From Octopus vulgaris (taxonomy: Eukaryota), in contig OX597825.1 of the NCBI GenBank assembly GCA_951406725.2, positions 88,846,001 to 88,910,000 on the forward strand: a stretch of 64,000 bases of DNA. Reading direction: 5' to 3'. The translations under genes were made by a program, and so were the position numbers. The notes under the pieces were generated by a model. The model worked only from the letters and a program-made list of their open reading frames with translations, was not told the origin of the DNA and did no database searches. Within the stretch, counting starts at the first letter, position 1. The number at the start of each line of letters is the position of its first letter. This document shows positions 1 to 12,581 of the stretch, piece after piece.

Positions 1-175
1 TCGCCACCGCTGCTGCCGCCGCCGCCATGCTATTCCACTGACATCTTTGGTTTCAGTCTCTTTATTATTGATCATTTTACTTATTTATTTTCATATCTGA
101 AAGACGGATTATTTCTCGCATAAATTTATATATTATTGTCAACTGACTAAACATTTTATTTGTTCTTAGATTGTT

Positions 176-2087
176 TTGAATGCCATGAAAACGAGAAACC
201 TTCTTCACTTTCGGATTCACAGCGGCCGACGAACGACAGATGGAAAAGATGAGAGAGAAATATATATTGAAGAATCAGGTTCATTTCTTGGTGGTGAAGA
301 AGAAGGAAAAGAAGAAGAAGAAGAAGAAGAAAGAAGAAGAAGAAGAAGAAGAAGAAGAAGAAGGAAAAGAAGAAGAAGAAAAAGAAAAAGAAAAAGAAGA
401 AGAAAGAGAAGAAGAAGAAGAAGAAGAAGAAGAAAAAGAAGAAGAAGAAGAAGAAGAAGAAGAAGATGAAGAAGAAGAAGAAGAAGAAGAAGAAGAAGAA
501 GAAGAAGAAAAAGAAGAAGAAGAAGAAGAAGAAAAAGAAGAAGAAGAAAAGAAGAAGAAGAAGAAGAAGAAAAAGAAGAAGAAGAAGAAGAAGAAGAAGA
601 AGAAGAAAAGAAGAAGAAGAAGAAGAAAGAAGAAGAAGAAGAAGAAGAAGAAGAAGAAGAAGAAGAAGAAGAAGAAGAAGAAGAGATGAAGAAGAAGAAG
701 AAGAAGGAGAAGAAACTGTAGCTGAGGAAATAACAATAAGTGAAGAAGAAATGACAGATGAAGGAAGAACTGAAGCAGAAGAAACAGATGAAGAGGAAGG
801 CCAAGCTACCAGGAACACAAAATAGCAGTTTCTAGGCAAGAATAATAAAACTCTCAGGAAAGAAGTACCCCCGCCCCCCTCCTGCCATATCTTTGACGGC
901 ATACGAGGCCCTAAAGGAGCAGCAAAATATGTCTGCTGGTCTTTGTTTCTGAGTGAATTGGTAGCTTGCATTAATATCTCCATTAACAGTAAACCAGGTG
1001 AACATAACAAGGTAAGTCAAAAGAGAGACAAACTGACAAAAGGGAGACTGCTTTATCGGTTTGGAGTTCTTGGAGCTAACCGAATGAATATGGATGATGG
1101 TTGGGCAACCAATGTACAGGAACTGAAATGTTCCATAACTATTTCTTTGCAGCAATTTTGTTTCCTCGTGAAGTTTATGAGATTTGATGAAATCCACACC
1201 TAGGCTGAAAGGAGGCCAGAAGATAAGTTTGCACCTTTTAGAAAGCTCTGTGAGAAATTTGGTGATAATTGTATCTCCAATTATAATGTCTCAGAGTATG
1301 TGACAGTAGATGAAATGTTGGCTGCCTTTAGAGGGAACTGTCTCTTCAGGGTCTACGTGCCAAATAAACCAGCAAAATAGGGCATTAAAATATAAATTTT
1401 GGCAGATGCTAACACTTTCCATGTGTCATGTATGGAGGCCTTCTTGGAGAAATAACCAGAAGGCCTGCCTATGGAAGATAATTCAGGAACAGCAGTGGTA
1501 AAACGGTTGGTGCCTCATATAAATGGGTCTGGAAGAAATATTACAGTGGATAATTGGTTTACAAGTTAAGGAACTGAAATTGATCTCTTGAAGAATTACA
1601 GATTAACATTAGTTAGCACTCTGAGAAAGAACAAGAAAGAACCCCCCCCCTTAGTTTGTTGCCATAAGAGGCAGAACTGAATACACAAACTTGTTTAGTT
1701 TCCAGAAGAATGTTCCCAAAAGAAGTAAAAATGTTGTCCTGCTGAGCACAATGCGTCAGGATGCTGCAACTGAGGGGAAAAAAAACAGAAAACTAGAGAT
1801 TATTCCTTTCAACAACAAAAGGAGGGGTAGACACCGTGGAACAGTTGTGTTCCATCTACAATGTTTCCAGAAATAATCGACTTTGGCCACTTACAGTTTT
1901 CTACACCATACTCAACGTTGCAGGAATAACTGCATACAATATAGTCATGGCAAACTCTCTGACAACTCTCAGGGACCGAAAGTTTCTGAGGAAATTGAGA
2001 CTCAAATTGGTCGAGGATCTTCTCCATCATCGCAAGACAAATCCTTATTTCAGGAAAGACTTGAAAAGTGAAGATTCAGCAATCTAA
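176..2087 (+). mobile_element. Decayed piggyBac (PGBD4-like) transposase pseudogene
   Basis: Manual translation across stops and frameshifts gives VDEMLAAFRGNCLFRVYVPNKPAK*GIKI (~1306-1390), GRNITVDNWFTS (1531-1566) and KGGVDTVEQLCSIYNVSRNNRLWPLTVFYTILNVAGITAY (~1818-1940), the piggyBac DDD-domain motifs. The acidic N-terminus is interrupted by a GAA expansion. No TTAA/TIR identified. Confidence 0.9.
297..712 (+). repeat. (GAA)n microsatellite, imperfect, ~415 bp
   Basis: Direct reading; source of the poly-E/K/R/F/L/S ORFs in the ORF track. Confidence 0.98.
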
Positions 2088-2719
2088 TATGTTAGTTTTT
2101 CTATCTTTTGTCGATCACGTATAATTAATTCTTCGTAATGTGTAATCAATTCTTCTTTCATGAAATATTTAAAACCCTAAATAAACTAACGAACTACAAA
2201 CTAAACGAACCCATCTTGTTATTCTTGTCGCTCTTGTAGTCGTTGCTGCTTTTACTATGGACTAATCCCAAATATGATTTGTAATAATTACACTTGTACT
2301 TAAAGACATTCTAACCATGACCATTCCAACTTGCACATTATATCTACGACCATATTGTCTTGCAGGTTCTGTTTTTAAAAATACGTTCTCGTATGATCTC
2401 AGGGTGTTACTTCCCACAGACGCAGGGACCATGTATAGGCTGATACACTGACGTATAGAACAACAGTTCATGTAATTTCTCTTCTCTAGTTTAAACTTTA
2501 CTCGCCGTGCCCACCATCACTGAGAGTCTTCAATAATTATCTAAGCAGGAGCAACACGCGCTGCCACTCTCATTATATGAGTTACTTTCGCACTCACAAC
2601 ACTTGTATATTCAAGTTCCATCGGCATTTCAGGAATTTTCGGTGAATTAATCAAAGTAATTAATCAACCTAATTGATGAAACTAATTAATCAAATAAAAT
2701 CAAGAATCCAACTGATAAA

Positions 2720-2950
2720 AGTAGGCATCCGTTGGTTTCGAGGGGCCATGGATCTGCGCCCGAAGAAATCGTCTCAACTGCCGGTGGTGCAACGTGTCTG
2801 TTGTGGCTGCACAGGCCCACACGGCAGTGGCAGTCACCCATACAGGGACCGCATTTAAAGGAACTCTCTGCTATTTGGTTTTTCCCTTCCGTCGACTACG
2901 CTTTTCTTTGGTGGACATTTCCTGTTTTCCCTCCGCTCGCTTCATCCCGT
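2720..2950 (-). mobile_element. RTE-clade LINE 3' end fragment
   Basis: Minus strand encodes EKRSRRK...FKCGPCMGDCHCRVGLCSHNRH, the C-terminal CCHH zinc finger typical of RTE ORFs, followed by a short 3' UTR ending ...ACGGATGCCTAC. Confidence 0.75.
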
Positions 2951-3664
2951 TTCGTAGTATTAGTCTAAAGTTAATCATCCTTATTTTATCAGATTATTAT
3001 GCAAGGGAACAAACTCTAAAAATTATAGCACGAAATTTGTGAGTAGTCTCCCTTGATACGTCAAATTTTCTGGGATTTTTTCACTACCTTTGGTGGATTG
3101 TTAGGGTAATAATTTTCATTTATTCTTTTGGTAACTTTTAGTTGTAGGACTACGTTCATGTTGGAGTACCTATTTATTTTCTCTCAGTTTTGTTGTCACT
3201 TTGTCGCTGGAAGTTTGTCTACGATTGAGTTTGTAGTCGCTGGTCTTCCCGGAATGTATCCTTCCGTTGTCAGCTGATCTGGGATCGTTGTTAGGGGTTT
3301 TATTTAATGTTACGCTGGCTTTCTCAGAGAAGGTCCCTTTTCTATTTCTGGTTCCTTTTGATAGGCATCTGAACAATTGAGGACCTCTCTTCTAACAGGC
3401 GTATTACAGCCGTAACCTTTATCTACTTGTCTGTATCTACATAAGCATCACTTTATATAACCTTCCTTTCCAAAGAATTTGTGATGTGTGTAAGATTTAT
3501 TTGCTGTCTGATTATGCCGTCGGTGCTGCTGTGACTCAGTCGAAAGGATTCCGACGTCGGATTAACAGAAACGTAATTTTATCAGAAAATCAGATTCAGA
3601 TTTTTCTCGCTTTACTTTTAAAACATTGACAATTTCGCACTGGAAAGTTTAATTGATGAAGCAA

Positions 3665-3695
3665 TGTGTGTGTGTGTATGTTCGTGCGTGCGCGC

Positions 3696-3785
<90 letters not shown>
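3665..3785. repeat. (GT)n microsatellite
   Basis: Direct reading. Confidence 0.97.
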
Positions 3786-3786
<1 letters not shown>

Positions 3787-4174
3787 CCTTTCTAAACAAT
3801 TTTTATTTTCCATTATCAGTATGCATATCGATGTCCGTTCTGTTTTAACGATGGCCGTTTAGATATTGAACCTCCTGCACTACGCTTTCGGTTAATTCAA
3901 GTTACTGAGGCACATTAATCCGCAGACGTGTGCATACTTCACAAATTTCAAAGCCGAATGAGAGTCAATCCTTATATGACAGAAACTTGTCTTCCTTTAA
4001 GATTCCTGATCATTTTGATCTATTTTCTATCACCAAATTTATTTTCTTGCTTCTCATAGATAGATCTCATAGTGTATGTCTCTGTACCCAAGAGGTCATT
4101 GCTGTACAACCGGACCACCTAGCACGCTATTTCGAAATTGCGTTGAAATGCATTGGGCCAGGATGATTATTAAC

Positions 4175-4517
4175 TGCTTTACCATTTATCATCAACCGTT
4201 AGTCTTATTCCCAGGCTCAACCAACAAATGAACATCAATAATCTTCCCGTCACTAAATCCTGGACGACTGCCACACAATCTATCATTTGACTCTTTTGTT
4301 TTACCCGTCGAGTTTGTTTTATCTTCGCTCTCTCCTTTATCTCCAATTCTCTACCTACCACCCACATTTGCACACACTTGCCTGGACTGATTGCATTATG
4401 GATCTCGATATCAGATCACTATATCGCCCATTATGACGAGTAGTCATGATGGGTATATTGGGCTTCGTATAAATGTACCCCAATGTCACTTTGATTGCAT
4501 GCGCTGCTCTCTCACTC

Positions 4518-4565
<48 letters not shown>

Positions 4566-4585
4566 GATGATGATGATGATGATGA
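4175..4585 (+). mobile_element. Interspersed repeat ending in GCTCTCTCACTCA plus (AAT)n/(GAT)n tract
   Basis: The terminal ~100 bp (4420-4519) matches in reverse complement the terminus at 8600-8690; both abut (AAT)n. Orientation inferred from the tail. Confidence 0.55.
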
Positions 4586-4589
4586 GGGG

Positions 4590-4692
4590 AATAGTCGATT
4601 ACTTTGACCCCAGTGTTTCACTGGTACTTAAATTATCGACCCCCAAAAGATTAAAGATAAATTCGACCTTGACGGAATTTAAATTCCAAACG
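4590..4692 (-). mobile_element. tRNA-derived SINE family A, partial
   Basis: GTCGATTACTTTGACCCCAGTG...CTGGTACTTAAATTATCGACCCC core shared with the full copies at 14970, 54775 and 62916. Confidence 0.8.
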
Positions 4693-6565
4693 AAAAGGCA
4701 AGGGGAAACAATTAAAAACAAAGCATGGGCAATGACACCCAGTGTGTACCCATGAGACAGTTGCAAGCGTCTAACTGAAGCAGGTCTTTCGGATTTTGTC
4801 ACCCATTTCTATAGGTTGATAGAATCCCATCGTGCGTACGTCTAATAATAAACCAAAATCCTTATATAGACATCTGAGACCTTATTGAGAACTTATTACC
4901 AAACCCATAATCAACATCCCTGCTAACTGATGTAGCATCCAATAGGTTTAATAATAGTATTTTCTGATCAGGACACAAGTCTAACAATTTCGAACAAAGT
5001 CTATTTGTTGATTCCATTGGCAACCCTACTTGACCATTGTACAGTTTGTCGCTGTTGGAGGATGAAAAGCAAAATTGAACTCGGCGAACGAGAAAAGAAA
5101 AAAAAATCATGAGATTTCTACGACGAACCCATAAAGAATTCTCTTTGGCAATAGATTCCGGTATCGACTAAATCAATCGAACTGCTTGACTGTTCCGATT
5201 CTTTTCTCTTTTAGCGACATCAAAAATATGCAAGTTAAACATGACTATCACGGAATCGAACCACAGAATATTTAGTTAAATTCCTCAATAACAAAGATTT
5301 CCGTATAATGTTAATTATTTTCTAATCCGAAAGATCACATATTTCGGAAGACATCGTAGTATCCAAACTGAAGCACACCATTACCTGATATTGAGCTCGG
5401 AAGTAAAGGAACCGCACAAAATACCTCAAGAAACGTTAAGTTCGGTGGGAAGCCCCACCCAATCCAATGGTTTATGTGTGTTTCATGTTAGTATTTCTAA
5501 ACTACGAGATTTCTGCGATGTTCACCTAATTCTGTTAACGTTATCATTTATTGTTTAGAATGGCGCAAGGGAAGTAACTCAGTAAATATGACTGTCGGAA
5601 GTTACTTCCCTTTAAAGAGAAATTTTTGTATAAAATCCATGATCTAAACTATATTCTTGTCGCATTAAGCGTTGTCTTTTGTTAACCAGAGAAGTGAATA
5701 TATTCAACGGAACAGGGCTGACAGATGTTCGTCATGATAAAAAAAATTCTGAGAAGCCATCTGACAATGTAAGGCCTAATATTTAGACATCTTCGATGGG
5801 TTAAATTTGTTGTTACGAAAAAGAGAGGAATGCTTGAATTAGTGTTTTGTGTGTTGAGAATGGAACAAATTTCTGATAAAGGGACGTTGCTTTTGAAGCC
5901 TTTCTTTATTAAAATGGTTTATGGTGAACTGACGAGTCTGCACGTGGATGGTGGCCTCTTTTGGGTGCAGAGAAATGAAGGCTGCCGTCATTTGTGTAGC
6001 TGGAAATATTTCTAGAATTGTCAGTGTGTCATTATTGTACTTAATGAAGAATAAAAAAATATATGACAGAATATGAGCGTGCTTCGTGTACATGTCTTTA
6101 GAATTCCGATGTCATAATGCTGAGATCCGAGAGAAAACCTGCAATGAAGAAACGAGATGAAAATACTAATCGTTAATAAGAAAATTCTCCTAAAAAGTAT
6201 TTTTGAGACCTTTTTGATCGTGACGCGGCTTCCTATGAAAATTCTCAAAAGTAAAGATTTGGGGATTTACTTCAGAGAGCAAGGTTCCAGTTTAAAAGGT
6301 TCCTGGTTAAAAGAGGAAAACTTGAACACATATATACATACATAATCTCTCTCTCTCTTTCTCTCGCTCTTTCTTATACATATATATAATCAAATGAATA
6401 ATAACAGGCGATGGATAATTGTCAGCTCATTGCAGCTGTTTCCTTCGCATTTTAAATAGAAGAATGAAAACATTACTGCGTTACAAAAACTGTCTTGGCC
6501 TTGTGTTTCCTGTTATTTTGAACCACACATACACACACACACAAGTATATGAACATTTATGTATA

Positions 6566-7400
6566 CATGGTGCGGTAAATAAAAATGTCATCTAAATTAC
6601 GTAATAACGAAAATAACACTGACATCTCATTTTAACAGATAGATTTACCAAAATTACATAAAATATCTTGAAATACTAAAGAGTAACTTTATTCAATAAT
6701 ATCTCTTTGTCTACGGCCTCCAGATGACTTCAGATTCTCCTGGGCCTCCCCTGGACGCTCTCCTTGTTTAACTTGGTGAATGCTGCCGTAATCCTTGCCT
6801 TCAGCTCATCTTTGGTGTTACAAAGAGTCTTGTTGGTTTCTCGCTCAACTGCGACTTACACATAATAATCAAGGGAGTTACAGTTAGGTGGGCAGATGTT
6901 AGGGGTGATGTGGTCATGGAAATTATCTGACAGCTATAACTGGGTTCTTCTTGTGTCGTATGGTGCAGATTCCTGTTGATAGACACAGGGTCTTCCAGCA
7001 GCCACCTTCTTGACCCAGGGCAGCACTACCTCCACCAGGCACTTGATGTAGGCCTCCGTGTTGAGTCTGAAGCCGTGTGGGAAGATGAATGGAGGCATAA
7101 CGTCGCCATCACTAGTCATCCCTCCAAACACTGTGATGTTGACTGGTTGTTTAATGTCCTCCGATTGACTCCCAGACACTCTCAAACGTTCGTACTGGAG
7201 CTTCCGCTGCCAATGCCAGGCAGCACAGCATGTCATTTCCGAACCTCTGGCACAATGAACTGCGTCATAGTGGTGTTTTTTCTAACAGACGGTCCCCAAC
7301 TGACCTTACTCTGCTGTGTAGACGACAAAATCAAAAGCAAACAATGCACATGCGCGAAATATAAAATATAAAATGGTGACAATTTACCCATCGCCCCCGG
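6566..7400 (-). mobile_element. Internally deleted Tc1/mariner-superfamily element (maT/DD37D-like)
   Basis: ORF 6934-7236 has KQPVNITVFGGMTSDGDVMPPFIFPHGFRLNTEAYIKCLVEVVLPW...YQQESAP, then a decayed PN..NPLDYYV motif. Degenerate ~26-bp inverted termini (CATGGTGCGGTAAATAAAAATGTCA / TGACAATTTACCCATCGCCCCCGG), each flanked by TA. Confidence 0.85.
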
Positions 7401-7759
7401 TATATGCACGTGTGTCTCCATTTTTAATAGATTGTTGGGCACATATACTTATCATCATTATATTTCTTGGATCTGGATCGACTTTGTTGCTGCTAAAATT
7501 TATAGGGGTAGCGGGTTACCTTACATATTCATGTTATTCTACCAAGCCTTACGTGCTCAAAAATTTTCTGATGATCTTTATTGTTCTTGGGAGGTAAACC
7601 TTCTTATAGAAACCCCACAGGACATTCTATTCCACATTCCTTGTGTAACACTTTTACAACTTGATAATACCGCCAGTTCTTATATTCTCCTAGAAGCAAC
7701 GTAGGGAATTCTGCAGTAATATATGTCCTTGTGTCGTCCAAATTCCACATACTCTAATA

Positions 7760-8065
7760 TTTTGCTTTTCATTCCTTGGAGGTCGATAAAATAAGTACCA
7801 GTTCAGCACAGGGGTCCTTGTATGTAGACTGCCCTTCTCCTAAAAATTTCTGCTACTCTGCCAAAATTTTAAATCATTATTATTATTATTCATAAGGCTG
7901 CAAGCCCGGGAAATTGCTTAGCAGCATTTCGTCTGTTTTTATGTTCTGAGTTCAAATTCCGCCGAGGTAGACTTTGCCTTTCAAACTTTCGGGGTTAATA
8001 AAATAAGGACCAGTTGGGTACTGGGGTCGATATGATCGACTACACCCTCCTCCGAAATTCCTGGA
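7760..8065 (+). mobile_element. Two partial SINE family A copies in tandem
   Basis: GGTCGATAAAATAAGTACCAG core at ~7780 and B-box GAGTTCAAATTCCGCCGAGG at ~7948. Confidence 0.8.
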
Positions 8066-8079
8066 CTTAACTTCCAGGA

Positions 8080-8570
8080 ATTCCTGGCCTGGCATTGCTG
8101 CCAGAAAGCTCTGCCTGTTCGAGATAAACTCTAAAGACACTGAAGAATTATCAGTCGAGCATGTCTGGCCTGCGCACAGCGTGACGAAACCGTCCTGCAT
8201 GGACATGTCCAATATCCGAGCATTCATAATGGATTTATAATCGAACATCAGCTGTCGCGTGTCGGACGGATCCATTTATCAACTGAATCCATCCCACTGC
8301 CTTCTTTTAACCGGGAAGTGCAAACAGTTTTTATATCTGGTGACCAGGGCGAAAGAGGCTGTATGGTGGAAAATATTTAAGGTGCTGAAGACAAACACTT
8401 TCCTCTTTGGCCAATCCCTTATCAACTTCTTCAAGTTTGACATGAAGAGGAAAATAAAGCTGGAGAGAGAAGTGATGCCGTCCAGCCATTTTATCAATAG
8501 GTGGATGAGCGTGGCGGGTATAGTACGTGTGAGCGGACCTGCCCTGATCATACGCCTGTGGACCATTTGT
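8080..8570 (+). mobile_element. L1/Tx1-clade LINE ORF2 C-terminal fragment
   Basis: LAWHCCQKALPVRDKL*RH...SRACLACAQRDETVLH (zf-RVT CCHC-type knuckle) then AKEAVWW...FFKFDMKRKIKLEREVMPSSHFINRW. Confidence 0.75.
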
Positions 8571-8599
8571 GGTCAATAAAGAAATCATTATGATTATTA

Positions 8600-9142
8600 C
8601 TGAGTGAGAGAGCAGTGACACTGGAGTGAAATATACGAAGTCCAGTATAGCCATCATGACTGCCCATCAGATAAGGGGACACCGGGCACATGCATCACAA
8701 CCATATGTGCGCGACGAGGTGATCTCATATCAAGATAAACAACGCATGATCTTGTAAATGGGGCCTAGTTAGAATTTTCTTCAGGTCGGATAGCCCATCT
8801 TGCCCCAAAAGGTCCCTGAATAAGGTTTGTTTAAGGATGTGGAACGGAACGCCCATGTTTCCAGATGTGAATTATTCAAACCCCAAAGAATTCCTCACAA
8901 TACATGGCTATGATGCTCCCGCACTACTTCTGCTCATGATCAGAGATGCACATACCGTCAGCCACTAAGGGACATGCTCAACTGGTTATGGTCAAACAAC
9001 TGACTAGCAAATCTGTGGTATTGAGAAGAATATTTGCAGTATCCCATCTTTTATACCATGACAAAACATGTACATGATAACACTTCCAATCAGTTAAGGC
9101 CAGAAGCCATGAGAGCCAGTACTTGGTACTACATCAGGGCAT
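8600..9142 (-). mobile_element. Non-coding interspersed repeat flanked by (TAT)n on both sides
   Basis: Shares its terminal segment with 4420-4519; TAT/AAT repeats at both ends; no long ORF. Confidence 0.55.
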
Positions 9143-9159
9143 TTATTATTATTATTTTC

Positions 9160-9970
9160 TCTTTATCACTCGTTTTGTTGGAGCTCCTGTAGTCTTGCAT
9201 GTGTAGCGGGCTTACTACCTGCAGCCTACGGTACCATGCTATCCGTTCTTTTCAGTTATATAATACATTTCATATTTTTTTCGCTGTGTCAAGGAGGCAA
9301 AACAGTTCTACTTGCCACTTTCTATTGTCTTTATCTACTTCAACTACCATATCAGACCTCCTTGCTTCTATTACTCTGTCAGTCTGAATGTTAAAGTCCT
9401 ACAACATCTTGTACTTCTCCTTTTCTAGTACTTTACTAAGTTCATGTTCATACCATTTATCAGTATGTTCAACTCCTAGCTTTCTACAAAGCTCCTTGAT
9501 CTCGTGCTGCTACTAAAAACTTTCTGTCTCTCTTTTCAGATTTCCTCTTTGCAACCATAACCATGTCTCACTGCTACTATTTACTGAAACTATCTTTGGG
9601 AATCTACCACGCAACGCCTTCTCCTGCCATTCAAATGATTTCTGTTCTTTTTTCTGGTTTTTAAGTTCGTTTGCTGATCTGGTTTCCCTATGTCTTTTAA
9701 TAAATTTTCTTCAATACTACCTGCATAGGAATCTATATCTACGGTAGCTAACTCTAAGCAGTTTTCTGCTGATATTAACTTTCTTCCACATTCCTTTCTT
9801 GGTAAGTATAATCTTCCTACTCCATCCTTTGGGTGGAATCCTCCATTCATATTGAATTCCTTCCTAGTTCTTCTGTCTAGCTTTGCTAATTGAGTTTTTG
9901 TCCAATCTACAGAAGTTGCTGAGTATCGAAATAGTGATACTGCCCAAGTATTTAAACCCTTCACTAGATT
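9160..9970 (-). mobile_element. Decayed R4/Dong-clade RLE LINE, 3' fragment
   Basis: GLNTWAVSLFRYS...DWTKTQLAKLDRRTRK...FHPKDGVGRLYLPRKECGRKL (ORF 9590-9964), homologous to the element at 20-22 kb; RLE remnants (WYEHE, RSDMVV) further 3'; AAT tail. Confidence 0.85.
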
Positions 9971-9974
9971 CGTG

Positions 9975-10198
<224 letters not shown>

Positions 10199-10199
10199 A

Positions 10200-11260
10200 C
10201 TTTTAATCTGCATATTTGTTACAATCACTCGCCGAAACACACCCAGCGTCCTAGGGCGAGAAAAAGATATGAGATGTTACAGTATGCTTGAAAGTTTGGG
10301 GAGGGCAAAGTGGCAGCGGCAGTAGCGAAATATCTTCAGGTAATACAACACATACATCTAAATTGATAGGATTTTCCTAAGGATGTGGCCGGTACTTGAC
10401 AGCTCAATCTTTTGGATTTTTCTGAGACATGGTTCTCCTGTAATATTATCTAGGTGTTTCTGACATCCCTTTCTTATCATACCAAGGACACCCACAATAA
10501 CATGAGCAGTTCTTGCTTTAAGATGTCACATCTTTTGTATTTTTATTTCCAGGTCCTTATATTTACTTAATTTGTCAAATTCCTTTACAGATATCATTTT
10601 ATCATTGAGAACATTTACATTTATCAATCACCCAGTATTTCTTCTCTCGCTTTCATGACTATGTCTGGTCGATTAGCTTGGATTGTCCTGTCGGCGTTGA
10701 CTGGAAAATCCTTGAGGATAATGACATATTTACCTTCAATGACTGGCTCGCGATAATATTCATACCAGTAAGTAGGAATGCTAATTTTGTAGTGTTTGCA
10801 TATCATCTAATGTAGATACTGTCCCAACCTATCGTGGCGATTTTGTAATCGTTTAGTGTCAGTACAATACATCTCGAGACGCGATGGTCTTTTGTTACAT
10901 AAAAGTTTTCGAAGAATCTGCATTTAGGGTCAGAATTGTTTGGAAGAACGTTAACCTGGTAGTTTTTGGTAAGCAAGCTTTGATCTTGTGTCGCCAATAT
11001 AAAACCTTCAGTCTCTGCTTTCAGTCCTGAGCTTCTCAGCCACTGATGGGTTGTTGCTTAGTCTACATCAGAAGCTTCTGGCTCTACCATTCCTTAATTT
11101 GTTTCTGCTCGTTCTTTTTTTTTTTTTTGCAGTCTGTTTGATCCGTTTTGCTTCTTTCGTGGCAGTGGTTTCAGGTTTCTCGTCTAATTCAGTATTAATG
11201 CCAAGTTCCCATGCAAATTTGTAAGCCTCCTTGACTATAGAACGTGAATTTTTGCTGCTT
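10200..11260 (-). mobile_element. Decayed R4/Dong-clade RLE LINE, 3' fragment
   Basis: QWLRSSGLKAETEGFILATQDQSLLTKNYQ...CRF, and DFPVNADRTIQANRPDIV...KLSKYKDLEI on the minus strand (ORFs 10624-10806, 10803-10997); (TAT)n on both sides. Confidence 0.9.
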
Positions 11261-11261
11261 A

Positions 11262-11314
<53 letters not shown>

Positions 11315-11336
11315 GTTATTGTTATTGTCTTCATTA

Positions 11337-11790
11337 AAGCGGTGTCTGACAGAATCGTTTGCACGCCGGACGAAATGCTTAGCAGCATTTCTTCCGGTTT
11401 TTCGTTCTGACTTCAGATTTTGCTAAGGTCGACTTTGCTTTCCTTCTTTCTGGGTCGATAAAATAAATACCAGTCATGTACAGAAATTGATGTAATCGAT
11501 CTCATCTCCTCCTATGCAATTGTTGGTCTGAAGGTCAACATTTGAAACAATTATCCTTACTGCTGTTTTGTTAAGACGGCGAGTTAGGCAGGATCGCTAG
11601 CATGCCGGACAAAATGCTTAGCGGCATTTCGTCCGCCTTCATGCTCTGAATTGAAATTACACCGAGGTCGACTTAGCCTTTCATCTTTTCGGAGTCGATA
11701 AAATGAGTACCAGTTTTGTAATGGTGTCAATGTATTGGACTAGTCCCCCTCCCCTCAAATTTCAAACCTTGTGGCAATAGTAGAAAGAAT
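11337..11790 (+). mobile_element. Two tandem SINE family A copies
   Basis: Heads GCGG..GAATCGTTTGCACGCCGGACGAAATGCTTAGC (~11340) and GGCGAGTTAGGCAGGATCGCTAGCATGCCGG (~11578), each followed by the GTCGATAAAAT.AGTACCAG-type core. Confidence 0.85.
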
Positions 11791-12225
11791 TAATACAAAT
11801 GGTGTTTTCTTGTTATTCTTTTAAAGAAAGTGAATTAAATTAAACGCAATACAACAGAGATGTTTGTTAGATTTGCAATAGATGTTATCAAATAAATTAT
11901 ACAGTTGTTGGTTATAAAATTTGCTTTATTCTTCGCCAAAGAATGTCACTGTTTATACATTTTGATTGAGCGCCAGTCTTTATGGGGGGAAACAAGTAAA
12001 TAAAATGTGTTTCGCTCTCAAACATTCAGTTATTTAGGTTGAGCAAAGATACGTTGCGTTAAACCGCGTCGAGAAACGAATCTGAACTGTCTGCGAATTT
12101 TGGATACATTCCAGATTTGAAGTTACACTTAAATCACAAAATCTGAAGGTACATGTGTACTGCATACACACACATCATTATAGACATACCTACCTACAGA
12201 CATACGCAGAAACATACATACATAT

Positions 12226-12282
<57 letters not shown>

Positions 12283-12511
12283 CATACACACACACTAATG
12301 CCAGACGGACTGACTTGGTGCTTCAATTTTAGTACCGAATTCAACTGAATCTTAATATATATATATATATATATATATATTCATACATACACGGATACAG
12401 ATATAGTTTTCAAAAATCAGAATACACAGCGGCAAGTGTCTGTGAAAGTACTCGGCAAAGAAACGTGCTGTGTAGGGGACCTGAATCGCCATACGTATTG
12501 AGCATTTTTGC

Positions 12512-12581
<70 letters not shown>

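Noticed and set aside
1-41. GCCGCCGCCATG Kozak-like start
   Set aside because: The frame closes after four codons (ATG CTA TTC CAC TGA) with no donor site; likely a GCC repeat
156-1010. Long ORFs of poly-E/K/R/F/L/S (and the many YI, CV, HT, LSIY, poly-I/N/Y ORFs elsewhere)
   Set aside because: Translations of stop-free microsatellites, not genes
3170-3376. 68-aa minus-strand ORF in non-repetitive-looking sequence
   Set aside because: Weak acceptor and no recognisable homology; cannot be supported as an exon
9112-9140. CTGATGT-AGTAC/GTACT hairpin on the minus strand as a hammerhead
   Set aside because: No GAAA or cleavage triplet follows stem II
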